From NCBI GenBank assembly GCA_002869165.1, contig PKTK01000001.1:157006-221005 (forward strand): DNA of 64,000 nt. Reading direction: 5' to 3'. The stretch's first letter is position 1. Every line of letters begins with the position of its first letter. Below are positions 49,195-58,803 of this stretch, in pieces. A model generated the notes under the pieces. It searched no databases and was not told the origin of the DNA. It saw nothing but the letters and a program-made list of their open reading frames with translations. Made by a program: the position numbers and the translations under genes. Origin of the DNA: Candidatus Parcubacteria bacterium (GTDB lineage: Bacteria > Patescibacteriota > Patescibacteriia > Patescibacteriales > UBA12075).

Positions 49195-49656
49195 ATGAAA
49201 AAAGTAGTAATAACCCTTTTGCTTTTGGTTTTGCCAATTTTAAGTTCCTGTAGTTCAAAAAGAGATTTACCAACTGATAAAGCTTTGGAGGATGGTAGTT
49301 TTTTTTATCGAAATACTTCACTAGCTTTTTCAGTTATATTACCAAAAGAATTTGAGAATTATCATACTCAAAAAACAAGCGGAGTAAATTATATAGACGT
49401 TGAGTTTTTTGTACCAACCTCTGATGAACGTTTTGGTACTCAGGTGCCTGGTTATGCTAAACCTATTGTTATTAGAGTTTTTGATGAAGATGAATGGGCA
49501 ACTATCAATGAAGCAAGCTCCATTTATAAAAAACTTGGTGAAGGAAACAACAAAGTATATACAATTTTGTTTTGGGAAAAGGAGCCAAAAGATTGGCAAG
49601 AAGTATGGCATGGTGAAGTTGAACAAGCAATTATTGACAATTTTGAAATCGAATAA
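49195..49656 (+). CDS. lipoprotein
   Basis: Start moved to MKKVVITLLLLVLPILSS|C (lipobox), which removes the overlap with the upstream gene. Confidence 0.65.
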   Translation: MKKVVITLLLLVLPILSSCSSKRDLPTDKALEDGSFFYRNTSLAFSVILPKEFENYHTQKTSGVNYIDVEFFVPTSDERFGTQVPGYAKPIVIRVFDEDEWATINEASSIYKKLGEGNNKVYTILFWEKEPKDWQEVWHGEVEQAIIDNFEIE

Positions 49657-49661
49657 TAAAT

Positions 49662-51326
49662 ATGGTTAATCCAACTTTGTCTCAAAAGAAGGAGCAGACC
49701 TTATCTGTTGGAGATAGAGCCAAGAAGCTCTTCCAGGCTGTTTATTTTGAGCAAAACACAAAAGATAATTTAAGTGATAATATTCCTAGAATATCAGTAT
49801 CTGATTTGATTTCTAAGATGTCTTTTTATTATGAGAAAATCAGAAATTCAGTTGATTATAAAGAAGAGCATTTACTTCGGAAAAATGCTATTGAAAGAAT
49901 TCTTAAAAGACAAATCGTGATTGAAGGAACAATTTCAATGCGTGCTTTGAATTCTCAAGAGATTGCCAAGCACTTAATCACCGAACTTATTAGAGCTGGG
50001 TATTTGCCAAATAACACTTTACCCGAGTATAAGATAGATGAAATAAGTGAAGTTATAAAAAAATATCTTCATTTAAGAGATTACAGTGCTCAATCCTTAA
50101 AGGGAAGATCGATTGAGCAAAAAAATACTATACTTAGGTGGATTATTGCGATTGCTGCTTCTGATATTGAAGATCGTTTAGGAAGAAACAAAGTTGATTT
50201 GGCAGTTATTGATCATATTTATGAAATTCTAGCTAATAATATTGAACTCCCTGATAATTCACCGCATATAGAAGACAGAGAGATTCAGATATATATTGGC
50301 ATTCATCGAAATATGCTCAAGTTCGACAACGAAATGTTGAGTTATATTTTGTTTAGGTACTATATAGAAAATTGGGCTGATGCTGATGATAATACTATTA
50401 AACAAACAGCTGCTGATATTGTAGATTTAAAAGAAATTATTGATGCCCAGATAAATCATCCTTTTACAGGGCAACTTAACAGGTTGATTAAAAGATACGC
50501 GGTTTTTTTCTCTATTTTAGTTGATGTTATTTCAGAGAATCCTGAAAAATCTTATGAGGCATTGCGTTTGGATCATGGAGAATTTGCCAGAATGGTAAAA
50601 GAAGTTTGTGATAAGCGCTATAAACAGGCTAGGGCAAAATTGTGGCGCGCTGGCTTGCGAAGTATTTTATATATTTTTATCACTAAATCATTTTTTGTTT
50701 TATTATTAGAAATTCCAGCAATTAAATTTTTTGGTGAGGATGTTAATGTCTTGTCATTGGCTATCAACATATCTTTTCCAGCTGTGCTACTTTTTTTGAT
50801 AATCTTTTTTACACGTATTCCAGGAGCTGATAATACACAAAAAATATTAGAAGGAATTGAGGAGATAGCTTATATTGAAAAAGAAAGAAATGAGCCTTTT
50901 AAGTTTCGTAAAGCAGGTAAGCGTGGCGGAATTATGAATACGACTTTTGGTTTATTTTATATTGTTACCTTTTTTATTTCTTTTGGTGCAGTGGTGTGGG
51001 CGCTTGATAAGATACATTTTACTTGGGTATCCACTATTATATTTTTGTTTTTCTTGGCATTTGTTAGTTTTTTTAGTATTCGCATTAGAAAAAGTGCCAA
51101 GGAGCTTTACGTCATAAAGCAAAAGGAGAATATTTTAGGATTTTTTGCTGACTTTTTCTATCTGCCGATAATTGTTGTTGGCAAATGGTTAAGTGAAAAA
51201 TTTTCTCGAATAAATGTTTTTGTATTTGTTTTAGATTTTATTATTGAAGCACCGTTTAAGATATTTGTTGAAATCACTGAAGAGTGGACAAAATATGTAA
51301 AAGAAAGAAAGGAGAACATTGAATAA
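49662..51326 (+). CDS. hypothetical membrane protein (soluble N-half, 4-5 TM C-half)
   Basis: ORF track; no motif recognised. Confidence 0.6.
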   Translation: MVNPTLSQKKEQTLSVGDRAKKLFQAVYFEQNTKDNLSDNIPRISVSDLISKMSFYYEKIRNSVDYKEEHLLRKNAIERILKRQIVIEGTISMRALNSQEIAKHLITELIRAGYLPNNTLPEYKIDEISEVIKKYLHLRDYSAQSLKGRSIEQKNTILRWIIAIAASDIEDRLGRNKVDLAVIDHIYEILANNIELPDNSPHIEDREIQIYIGIHRNMLKFDNEMLSYILFRYYIENWADADDNTIKQTAADIVDLKEIIDAQINHPFTGQLNRLIKRYAVFFSILVDVISENPEKSYEALRLDHGEFARMVKEVCDKRYKQARAKLWRAGLRSILYIFITKSFFVLLLEIPAIKFFGEDVNVLSLAINISFPAVLLFLIIFFTRIPGADNTQKILEGIEEIAYIEKERNEPFKFRKAGKRGGIMNTTFGLFYIVTFFISFGAVVWALDKIHFTWVSTIIFLFFLAFVSFFSIRIRKSAKELYVIKQKENILGFFADFFYLPIIVVGKWLSEKFSRINVFVFVLDFIIEAPFKIFVEITEEWTKYVKERKENIE

Positions 51327-51331
51327 AGATT

Positions 51332-52090
51332 ATGAATAAATTATATATTGTTGCAACACCAATTGGAAATTTAGAAGATATTTCTATGAGGGCCTTACGA
51401 ATTCTTGGTGAGGTTGATTTTATTTTATGTGAAGACACTAGAGTAACAGCAAAACTTTTGGATCATTATAATATTAACACCAAGAAGATATCTTATCATC
51501 AACACTCTGATGAAAAGAAAACAAAAGAAATTATTGAATTATTAATGGAAGGCAAAAATTTGGCCTTAGTAACTGATGCGGGTACTCCGGGAATATCTGA
51601 TCCAGGAGGCAGATTGGTAGCAGAAGCTATTAAAAAACTTGATAGTAGAATAGAAGTAGAGTCAATTCCTGGCCCCTCAGCTGTTACAGCTGCCTTATCA
51701 ATCTCTGGTATCCCAACAGACAAATTTATTTTTTTAGGCTTTCCACCACACAAAAAAGGAAGACAGACTTTTCTGGAGCAGATTTCTAATTTTGTTTATC
51801 CAGTGGTGGTGTATGAATCAAAACATAGAATCATCAAATTCTTAGAAGAAATTCAAACAATGAATAAAGGTATTGAAAAATACAATAAGGAAATTGAGGT
51901 TTATAATTTGAACGTAAACAAAAAAGATAGAAAGGAAAAGAAAATTCCTGTTACTTCTGTAGTAGTTTGTCGAGAATTATCCAAAATGCACGAAACTGTT
52001 TATAGAGGCGAATTAGAAAGTATTATAAATAAAATCAAGAATAATCAAGACGACCAAAAAGGGGAATTTGTTGTCGTAATTGGAAAATAA
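51332..52090 (+). CDS. rsmI: 16S rRNA (cytidine1402-2'-O)-methyltransferase
   Basis: LYIVATPIGNLEDIS, CEDTR, DAGTPGISDPG. Confidence 0.85.
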   Translation: MNKLYIVATPIGNLEDISMRALRILGEVDFILCEDTRVTAKLLDHYNINTKKISYHQHSDEKKTKEIIELLMEGKNLALVTDAGTPGISDPGGRLVAEAIKKLDSRIEVESIPGPSAVTAALSISGIPTDKFIFLGFPPHKKGRQTFLEQISNFVYPVVVYESKHRIIKFLEEIQTMNKGIEKYNKEIEVYNLNVNKKDRKEKKIPVTSVVVCRELSKMHETVYRGELESIINKIKNNQDDQKGEFVVVIGK

Positions 52091-52159
52091 CTATAAATTT
52101 TGGTACCTACCCCTTCCAAGGTGGGCAGGCATGGTACGTACCAAGGTACCTTACTAAAT

Positions 52160-53593
52160 ATGAAAAATAAATTTTATATAACTACAACCCTTCCTTATGT
52201 TAATGCTGACCCACATATCGGCTTTGCGGCAGAAATATTGCGAGCAGATGTATTGGCTCGTTTTGCTAGATTAGAAGGAAAAGAAGTTTTTTTTAATACA
52301 GGCACAGATGAGCATGGTTTAAAAATACATCGCAAGGCAATTGAGCAAAAAAAAGATCCTCAAGTATATGTTGATGAATATGCAAAGAAATTTGATGAGC
52401 TAAAAAAAGCCTTGAATTTAAGTTACAATAATTTCATTCGAACAACCGATAAAAATCACAAAAAGTCAGCTCAAGAGTTCTGGAAAAAATGTAATGCTAG
52501 TGGAGATATATATAAAAAGAATTATAAAGTTAATTATTGTGTTGGCTGTGAATTAGAATTAACAGAATCAGAACTAGTTGATGGTAAGTGTCCACATCAC
52601 CCTAATCAGGAAATTGAATACATTGAAGAAGAGAATTATTTTTTTCGTTGGAGTAAGTATGCTGACAAATTACTAGATTTTTATGAAAGAAATCCAGATT
52701 TTATTGTGCCAAAACACAGAATGAATGAAATTAAACGTTTTATTGAAGCTGGGCTTCAGGATTTTTCTATTTCTCGATTAAAATCAAAAATGCCCTGGGG
52801 GGTTCCTGTGCCAGGAGATGGTGAGCATGTAATGTATGTTTGGTTTGATGCTTTGACTAATTACATAAATTGTTTAAATTGGGTAGAGGATGATAAAATG
52901 TTTCATGACTTTTGGCCAGGGATGCAAGTAGCTGGCAAGGATAATCTTCGTCAGCAAACAGCCATGTGGCAAGCCATGTTAATGAGCGCTGGTCTTCCTA
53001 ATTCAAAGCAGATTTTGATATTTGGTTTTATTAATTCAAATGGTCAAAAAATGAGTAAAAGCTTGGGAAATGTGGTTAACCCATATGATTTAATAAAGAA
53101 ATATGGAATAGATGCTACCAGATATTATTTATTGTCGGGATTAAAGCCTTTTGAGGATTCTGATTTTACTTATGATAAATTTGAAGAAAAATATAACGCT
53201 GATTTAGCTAATGGTCTTGGAAATCTAGTAGCCAGAGTTTCCAATATGCTTGAGAAAAATAAAATCGAAATAGATATTAAAATTGGCTCAGATGATGATT
53301 TAAAAAAACGAGTGAAAGAGAAATTGGACAAATATCTTTTTGATGAAGCCTTGAAAGTGTTGTGGGATGAATTACGCAAAGATGATGAATTTTTAAGCCA
53401 AAAAACTCCATGGAAGTTAAAAGACGTAAAAGAAATTAAGGAAGTTTTGGAGCCGGTGGCACAAAGCATATTGAATGCGGCTGACTTACTTTCAGTATTT
53501 CTTCCAGATGTGGCTGAAAAAATAATTACTCAATTTAATCAAAATCAAGTAAAAAAAGGCGAGCCTTTGTTTACAAGATTAACAAAAGAGTAA
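52160..53593 (+). CDS. metG: methionine--tRNA ligase (short form)
   Basis: ATG 52160 (MKNKFYITTTLPYVNADPHIGFA) preferred over the track's TTG 52100; KMSKS; Zn knuckle CVGCE...CPHH. Confidence 0.9.
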   Translation: MKNKFYITTTLPYVNADPHIGFAAEILRADVLARFARLEGKEVFFNTGTDEHGLKIHRKAIEQKKDPQVYVDEYAKKFDELKKALNLSYNNFIRTTDKNHKKSAQEFWKKCNASGDIYKKNYKVNYCVGCELELTESELVDGKCPHHPNQEIEYIEEENYFFRWSKYADKLLDFYERNPDFIVPKHRMNEIKRFIEAGLQDFSISRLKSKMPWGVPVPGDGEHVMYVWFDALTNYINCLNWVEDDKMFHDFWPGMQVAGKDNLRQQTAMWQAMLMSAGLPNSKQILIFGFINSNGQKMSKSLGNVVNPYDLIKKYGIDATRYYLLSGLKPFEDSDFTYDKFEEKYNADLANGLGNLVARVSNMLEKNKIEIDIKIGSDDDLKKRVKEKLDKYLFDEALKVLWDELRKDDEFLSQKTPWKLKDVKEIKEVLEPVAQSILNAADLLSVFLPDVAEKIITQFNQNQVKKGEPLFTRLTKE

Positions 53594-53594
53594 T

Positions 53595-54092
53595 ATGAAA
53601 TACGAAGGAGGGTATTATCATGTTTATAATCGAGGAGTTGACAAGAGAAAGGTTTTTAATACAGAAAAAGATTATAAGAGGTTTTTGCAATCGTTGATAG
53701 AGTTTAATACGGTAAATCCAATAGGTAGCATTAGAGAAGTTAATAGATATAAAGTCTTAGAAAATAGCACCGTTTCCAGACCTCCGAGGTCTGCAGATGC
53801 AGACCTCGGAGGTCTGGAAACTACGGTTTCTTTAGTTAAGATATATGCATATTGTTTATTGCCAAATCATTTTCATTTATTGGTCAAAGAAGAGCAAGAG
53901 AAAGGTGTTGGTAGGTTTATGAGTAAGGTTGGGAATGGTTATACAAAATATTTTAACATTATCAACAACCGCTCGGGTTTTTTATTTCAAGGCAAGTACA
54001 AAAAGAAATTGATTGACAATGAAAATTATCTTGCGTATTTAACTGCTTATATAAATTGTAATTCTGAGATTCACGAAATAAAAAAGGCATAA
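53595..54092 (+). CDS. IS200/RayT-like HUH (Y1) transposase family protein; the frame continues past the TAA at 54090 to 54272
   Basis: YHVYNRG, LLPNHFHLLV (HUH), YLAYLTAYINCN (catalytic Tyr region); the family-typical W.WSS..DYL follows the stop in frame. Confidence 0.7.
   Translation: MKYEGGYYHVYNRGVDKRKVFNTEKDYKRFLQSLIEFNTVNPIGSIREVNRYKVLENSTVSRPPRSADADLGGLETTVSLVKIYAYCLLPNHFHLLVKEEQEKGVGRFMSKVGNGYTKYFNIINNRSGFLFQGKYKKKLIDNENYLAYLTAYINCNSEIHEIKKA
53771..53820. repeat. 50-nt nested palindrome inside the RayT-like CDS
   Basis: GTTTCCAGACCTCCGAGGTCTGCA-GA-TGCAGACCTCGGAGGTCTGGAAAC, perfect 24-nt arms. Confidence 0.9.
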
Positions 54093-54292
54093 AAATGGAA
54101 ATGGTCTAGTTTGAATGATTATTTGAATAAAATTGTTACTAAAGTCTCAGATTATCGTATCAATAAAGGACTAGATAAAGAGATAAGTTATAGCGAGCAC
54201 ATGAAGGACGTTGTAAAAAATGCTAAATCAATCAAAGATGACAAAAGACTATATTTATTTGAAAATATTTAAAAATTAAATTAATAAAACCT

Positions 54293-55963
54293 ATGCAAAA
54301 AGCATTTATCTCAATGTTGACAATGACATTGTTATTAGGGTCTTTGTCTATGCCGGTATTAGCGACATACGATGACTCAACAAGCGACACAAGTTCTAGT
54401 GTTAATTCTATTACGCTTTCGGGAACTGGAAGTTCCATTGAGTGGAGCGTTAATGGTTATAGCTCAAAAGGATTTAAAGTTGTGTGGTCAAAAAATGAAA
54501 ATCCAACCTATCCATTACGTGATGGTGACAAGTATAATTATTATACTGATCCAGAAAAAAGTAGTGATATTTTGACAGCTTTTTCTGGAGAAGGGACTTA
54601 TTATGTTCGAGTTTGTGAGTATCTTGGTGGATCCTGTGGAGTGTATTCAAATCAAATTACTTTGAGCCTGGGGAGCGGCTCTCAAGTAGCTTGTACCATG
54701 GAATATAATCCAGTTTGTGGAGCAAATGGTAATACCTATTCAAATAAGTGCATGGCTGAAGCCGCTGGTACTAGTAAGGCATATTATGGTGAATGCACGA
54801 ATGAGGAAAGTGGAAATGTAAATTCAATAACCTTACAAGTAGAGGGAGATTATGCAATTTGGGAAATAGATGGCACTAGCACAAAAGGATTTAAAGTTGT
54901 GTGGTCAAAAAATGAAAATCCAACATATCCAAACAGAGAAGGTGACAAGTATTATTATTTTTCTGATCCAAGTAAGCGCAAAGCAGAGCTTAAAGCTTTT
55001 TCAGGTGATGGTATATATTATGTAAGAGTATGTGAGTATTTAGGAGGAGCCTGTGGTGTCTACTCAAATCAGATGGAGATTGAATTGAATGAGGGTGGTA
55101 GTGTGACAGCATGTACTAAGGAATACGATCCAGTTTGTGGGGCTGATGGTAAGACCTATTCAAATAAATGTATGGCTGAAGCCTCTGGAACATACAAAGA
55201 GTATTATGGTATGTGCACTGATAAAGAACTTGAACAAATTGAAGAAAATGCAGAAAAACTAAGTCAAAATGATCTAGATTCAATATTAACTGAATTAGAA
55301 GAGTTAAGAAATACAGTAAAAGAGCAAGAAAATCAAATAAAGTATTTACAAAAATTATTATCAAATGTTCAGGCAATAAGTGATGAAATGCAAACCTCTA
55401 TAAATAATTTTATTACTTATGGGGTTGATAAAAATACCAAGGAACTTGGCGAGGGAGAAAGAGCAGCTGTTATTTATTCATTTAAAGCTGCCTATGGTAA
55501 GTTGCCAGAAGATGAATTAGAGTTAAGTGATGCAGTAAAAATTGCCAATGGTCGTTTTCCAAGTATGAAGAGCAAAGATGCTGAGAGTGAAGCTCAAGAA
55601 AAATTTCAAGAAATTTACAAAAGAATAGCTGATATGCGAGATTCTCGTGATGAAGCGGCTATTACGGTTATGGCATACGGTTTAAGACAAAAAGCAGAAA
55701 ATAGAAACTTGAAATCAGAAGAAAATGGAATAAAGATTTTCAGGAGTGTATTTGGTAAAAATCCTGAGACAACTGAAGAGTGGAATGCTATGCAAGCTAT
55801 AACATATTCTGGAGCTACCAGAGGAGTAGATAGCGACGGAGATTTGTTAGTTGATGAGCGAGAAGGAGAACTTGGTACAGATCCTGAAAATCCTGATACT
55901 GACAGTGATGGATATTTAGATGGAATTGAAGTAGCTAACGGCCATGACCCATTGAATGGTTAA
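54293..55963 (+). CDS. secreted protein with two tandem [beta-rich domain + Kazal-type inhibitor-like domain] modules, coiled coil and TSP3-like repeats
   Basis: Signal peptide; ACTMEYNPVCGANGNTYSNKCMAEAAG...GEC and ACTKEYDPVCGADGKTYSNKCMAEASG...GMC; C-terminal DSDGDLLVDERE, DTDSDGYLDGIE. Confidence 0.75.
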   Translation: MQKAFISMLTMTLLLGSLSMPVLATYDDSTSDTSSSVNSITLSGTGSSIEWSVNGYSSKGFKVVWSKNENPTYPLRDGDKYNYYTDPEKSSDILTAFSGEGTYYVRVCEYLGGSCGVYSNQITLSLGSGSQVACTMEYNPVCGANGNTYSNKCMAEAAGTSKAYYGECTNEESGNVNSITLQVEGDYAIWEIDGTSTKGFKVVWSKNENPTYPNREGDKYYYFSDPSKRKAELKAFSGDGIYYVRVCEYLGGACGVYSNQMEIELNEGGSVTACTKEYDPVCGADGKTYSNKCMAEASGTYKEYYGMCTDKELEQIEENAEKLSQNDLDSILTELEELRNTVKEQENQIKYLQKLLSNVQAISDEMQTSINNFITYGVDKNTKELGEGERAAVIYSFKAAYGKLPEDELELSDAVKIANGRFPSMKSKDAESEAQEKFQEIYKRIADMRDSRDEAAITVMAYGLRQKAENRNLKSEENGIKIFRSVFGKNPETTEEWNAMQAITYSGATRGVDSDGDLLVDEREGELGTDPENPDTDSDGYLDGIEVANGHDPLNG

Positions 55964-55983
55964 TATTAAGTAATTTTAAATAA

Positions 55984-56017
55984 AAAACCACCTTGAAATA
56001 AGGTGGTTTTTGTTTTT
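55984..56017 (+). terminator. rho-independent terminator
   Basis: AAAACCACCTT / AAGGTGGTTTT stem followed by a T-run. Confidence 0.85.
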
Positions 56018-56037
56018 ATAAAATAGTTAAATAAGCC

Positions 56038-56066
56038 TTGTTTACGACTCAAAACTAAGGTATAAT
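56038..56066 (+). promoter_or_regulatory. candidate sigma-70 promoter
   Basis: TTGTTT 56038-56043, 17-nt spacer, TATAAT 56061-56066; 21 nt before ATG 56087. Confidence 0.45.
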
Positions 56067-56086
56067 ACTTATATAAAAGAAAATTT

Positions 56087-57154
56087 ATGAATGACCCAAA
56101 AATTCCACAATATATAAATATTTCAGTTGCCTCTGTGATTAAAATTATACTAGTATTTATACTTTTTTATGTATTGTTTTTAATTAAAGATATATTAGCA
56201 CTTTTATTTATTTCTTTGGTTTTAGCTTCAGCAATTGATCCGTGGGTTGATTATTTTCAGACCAAAAAAATTCCCAGAGGTTTGAGTGTTTTTGGCATTT
56301 ATTTCATTGCTTTTTTTGCAATTGTTTCCGCAATCATCATGATAACACCTCCAATTGTTGAACAAATTGATGAACTTGTTAGCAATTTTCCCAATATAAT
56401 CCAGAATATTATTTCTGGAGTGAATGTACTTAAAGATTTTTCCAGCCAATATGGGCTATTAAATAATTTGGAAGAGGGCTTGCAAAGTGTTAATACCGGA
56501 ATTACTGGTGCTGCTAGTGGTGTTTTTTCTGGCTTAACAAATGTTCTTGGTAATATATTTTCATTTTTTGTTGTTCTAGTTATTACTTTTTATATGGTAG
56601 TAGAAGAAAAGGCAATGAAAAAAGTTGTTTGGTCAATAGCTCCTCCAAAATATCAGATGTATATTATGGGGCTTATTAATAGAATGCAACAAAAAATAGG
56701 TTTGTGGTTACGCGGCCAGTTAATACTTTCATTGATTATTTTCTTCTTAACTTTTATTGGTTTGTCTATCCTGGGAGTAAAATATGCTCTAGTGTTAGCA
56801 TTGATTGCTGGTATGACAGAATTTGTTCCTTATTTAGGGCCTATTTTTGCTTCTATCCCAGCAATATTTTTAGCTTTTACTCAATCACCTATGCTTGGTT
56901 TATTTGTTGCAATCCTATACTATATCATTCAATTAACTGAGAATAATATAATAGTACCTAAGCTGATGCAAAAAGTAGTTGGCTTAAATCCAATTGTAAG
57001 TATTGCGGTTTTATTAATTGGTTTTGAGGTTGCTGGTATTGCTGGAGCAGTTCTTTCTATACCAGTAGCTACAGCTGTTAATGTATTCTTGTCAGATATT
57101 TTTGAGAATAAAATAGTTATCGAGGAGGACAGAGAAGAGGAAGCTCAAGCTTAA
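56087..57154 (+). CDS. AI-2E (PerM/UPF0118) family transporter
   Basis: 355 aa, about 8 TM; conserved ...TEFVPYLGP... block. Confidence 0.75.
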   Translation: MNDPKIPQYINISVASVIKIILVFILFYVLFLIKDILALLFISLVLASAIDPWVDYFQTKKIPRGLSVFGIYFIAFFAIVSAIIMITPPIVEQIDELVSNFPNIIQNIISGVNVLKDFSSQYGLLNNLEEGLQSVNTGITGAASGVFSGLTNVLGNIFSFFVVLVITFYMVVEEKAMKKVVWSIAPPKYQMYIMGLINRMQQKIGLWLRGQLILSLIIFFLTFIGLSILGVKYALVLALIAGMTEFVPYLGPIFASIPAIFLAFTQSPMLGLFVAILYYIIQLTENNIIVPKLMQKVVGLNPIVSIAVLLIGFEVAGIAGAVLSIPVATAVNVFLSDIFENKIVIEEDREEEAQA

Positions 57155-57162
57155 TAATTACA

Positions 57163-58803
57163 ATGAATAGAATAGTTTCGTTTTTCCAAACCAATAATAC
57201 TTTAAAAATAATGGTGTTTTTTCTTCCATTGTTTTTTTTACCTTTTTCAGGTGCAATTTATAGCTCTGATGTGTTGTCAAAAGTTTTTTTATTATCTTTA
57301 ATACTTCCGGTTTTTTTATTGGTTGAGATTATAAAAAATACCAAAAAAGAATATTTCATATTTTATTTGACTAAAATAGATTTTTTGTTATTGATGTTCT
57401 TTTTGTTTTCATTAGCATCAATTTTGTTTAGCGTTAATAAATATAACTCTATTTATGGAGCTTATCAATTTGCCAACATTCCCTTTGTGGCTATTTATGT
57501 TTTGGCTTTATTTTACGCAATGCTTCGCTATAAAATAAAAGACAAGCAAGAAGTATACAGTTATCTACGTTATTTGATCGTATTGTATTTTGTCTCTTCA
57601 TTGGCATCTTTTGTGGGGATATTATTTTTAGAGAACACATTTTTTATTAGATATTTACGTTTAGCACTTGCTAATTCCCACGATATTTCAATTTTTTTAT
57701 CAGTTTTAACTATTTTATTTTTCTCTATTACAAGCTCAAAAGAATTTAGTAGAGAAATATTTAAGAATAAAACATTTTTGTATTTTACAAGATTGGCTGT
57801 ATTTTTTTCTTTGATAGTATTAGTAAGTATAAATTTTGTGTACAGCTGGTTTGTTCTTTTATTCGGAGCAATAATTATTTTTTGTTTTAGAGTTAAAATA
57901 TATCAAAAAGAAAAAGAACAAGGAAATCACAGTAAGAGACCTTTAATTTTCCAAGTTTTGTTATTCTTGTTTGCTTTAAATTATCTATTAAACTTTTTTA
58001 TTGTATACAAAGATGCTAGTCTTGATAACTATTTGGCAAATTATCGGCAACTAGACACTGGTCATACATGGCAAATTGTTTTTTCAAATTTAAAAGAAAA
58101 TACTTTTTTTGGTATAGGTTTAGAAAATTTTGATTATGCATTTTCAAAGTATCGCCCAGCTTCGATGAATAATGCTGTAAATTGGGATTTACGCTACGAA
58201 AGAACAGGTAGTTTTTTTCAGGATATACTTATTTGTGGTGGTATTTTGTTGGGATTTGTTTTGCTTTTTATTGTTTTTTTGTTTTTGCAACGGCTTAAGA
58301 AGCACGCAAAATCTCTACAAAAAAACCCTGATTTATTTACGATTTTATTATCTATTAGCCTTTTGTTGTTTTTGATGTTTTTCGTAAATTTTAATTTTAA
58401 TTTATTATTTATTTTTATTGTATTGATCGCATTATTTGTTTCAGCAGAAAGAGGAGATGATAAGAAATTTATTTACTATAAAATAAACACTAGTAATGCT
58501 CAAAGAGTTATTCCATTTTTAATTATAGGTTTTTTGATAGTATTGTATATTGTATTTAATTTAAAAATGATAAAAATTGTGTACAGCAATTTTATTTTAT
58601 CAAAAACAGACTTTAGCCAGGAATCATTGATCCAAGCTGATTTGTTGGAAGAAGATAGATATGAATATAAACTCCGTTTGGCAAAGATTTTCGCAAAAAA
58701 ATCTATTGAATCTTCTGAAGCTGGTCAAAAAGACCTAAGCTTGAAATACGAAGAAAAGTCTTTAGCTTATATAAGTGAAGCTACTAAATATCATCCCGAA
58801 TAA
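57163..58803 (+). CDS. O-antigen-ligase-like polytopic membrane protein; the frame continues past the TAA at 58801 into the TPR ORF
   Basis: 10 or more TM; FFGIGLENFDYAFSKYR loop; C-terminal soluble TPR-like start. Confidence 0.65.
   Translation: MNRIVSFFQTNNTLKIMVFFLPLFFLPFSGAIYSSDVLSKVFLLSLILPVFLLVEIIKNTKKEYFIFYLTKIDFLLLMFFLFSLASILFSVNKYNSIYGAYQFANIPFVAIYVLALFYAMLRYKIKDKQEVYSYLRYLIVLYFVSSLASFVGILFLENTFFIRYLRLALANSHDISIFLSVLTILFFSITSSKEFSREIFKNKTFLYFTRLAVFFSLIVLVSINFVYSWFVLLFGAIIIFCFRVKIYQKEKEQGNHSKRPLIFQVLLFLFALNYLLNFFIVYKDASLDNYLANYRQLDTGHTWQIVFSNLKENTFFGIGLENFDYAFSKYRPASMNNAVNWDLRYERTGSFFQDILICGGILLGFVLLFIVFLFLQRLKKHAKSLQKNPDLFTILLSISLLLFLMFFVNFNFNLLFIFIVLIALFVSAERGDDKKFIYYKINTSNAQRVIPFLIIGFLIVLYIVFNLKMIKIVYSNFILSKTDFSQESLIQADLLEEDRYEYKLRLAKIFAKKSIESSEAGQKDLSLKYEEKSLAYISEATKYHPE

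Noticed and set aside
52100-52159. The TTG-initiated 20-codon N-terminal extension of MetRS given by the ORF track
   Set aside because: The extension translates a GC-rich repeat island. The ATG at 52160 gives the canonical MetRS N-terminus (…FYITTTLPYVNADPHIGFA).
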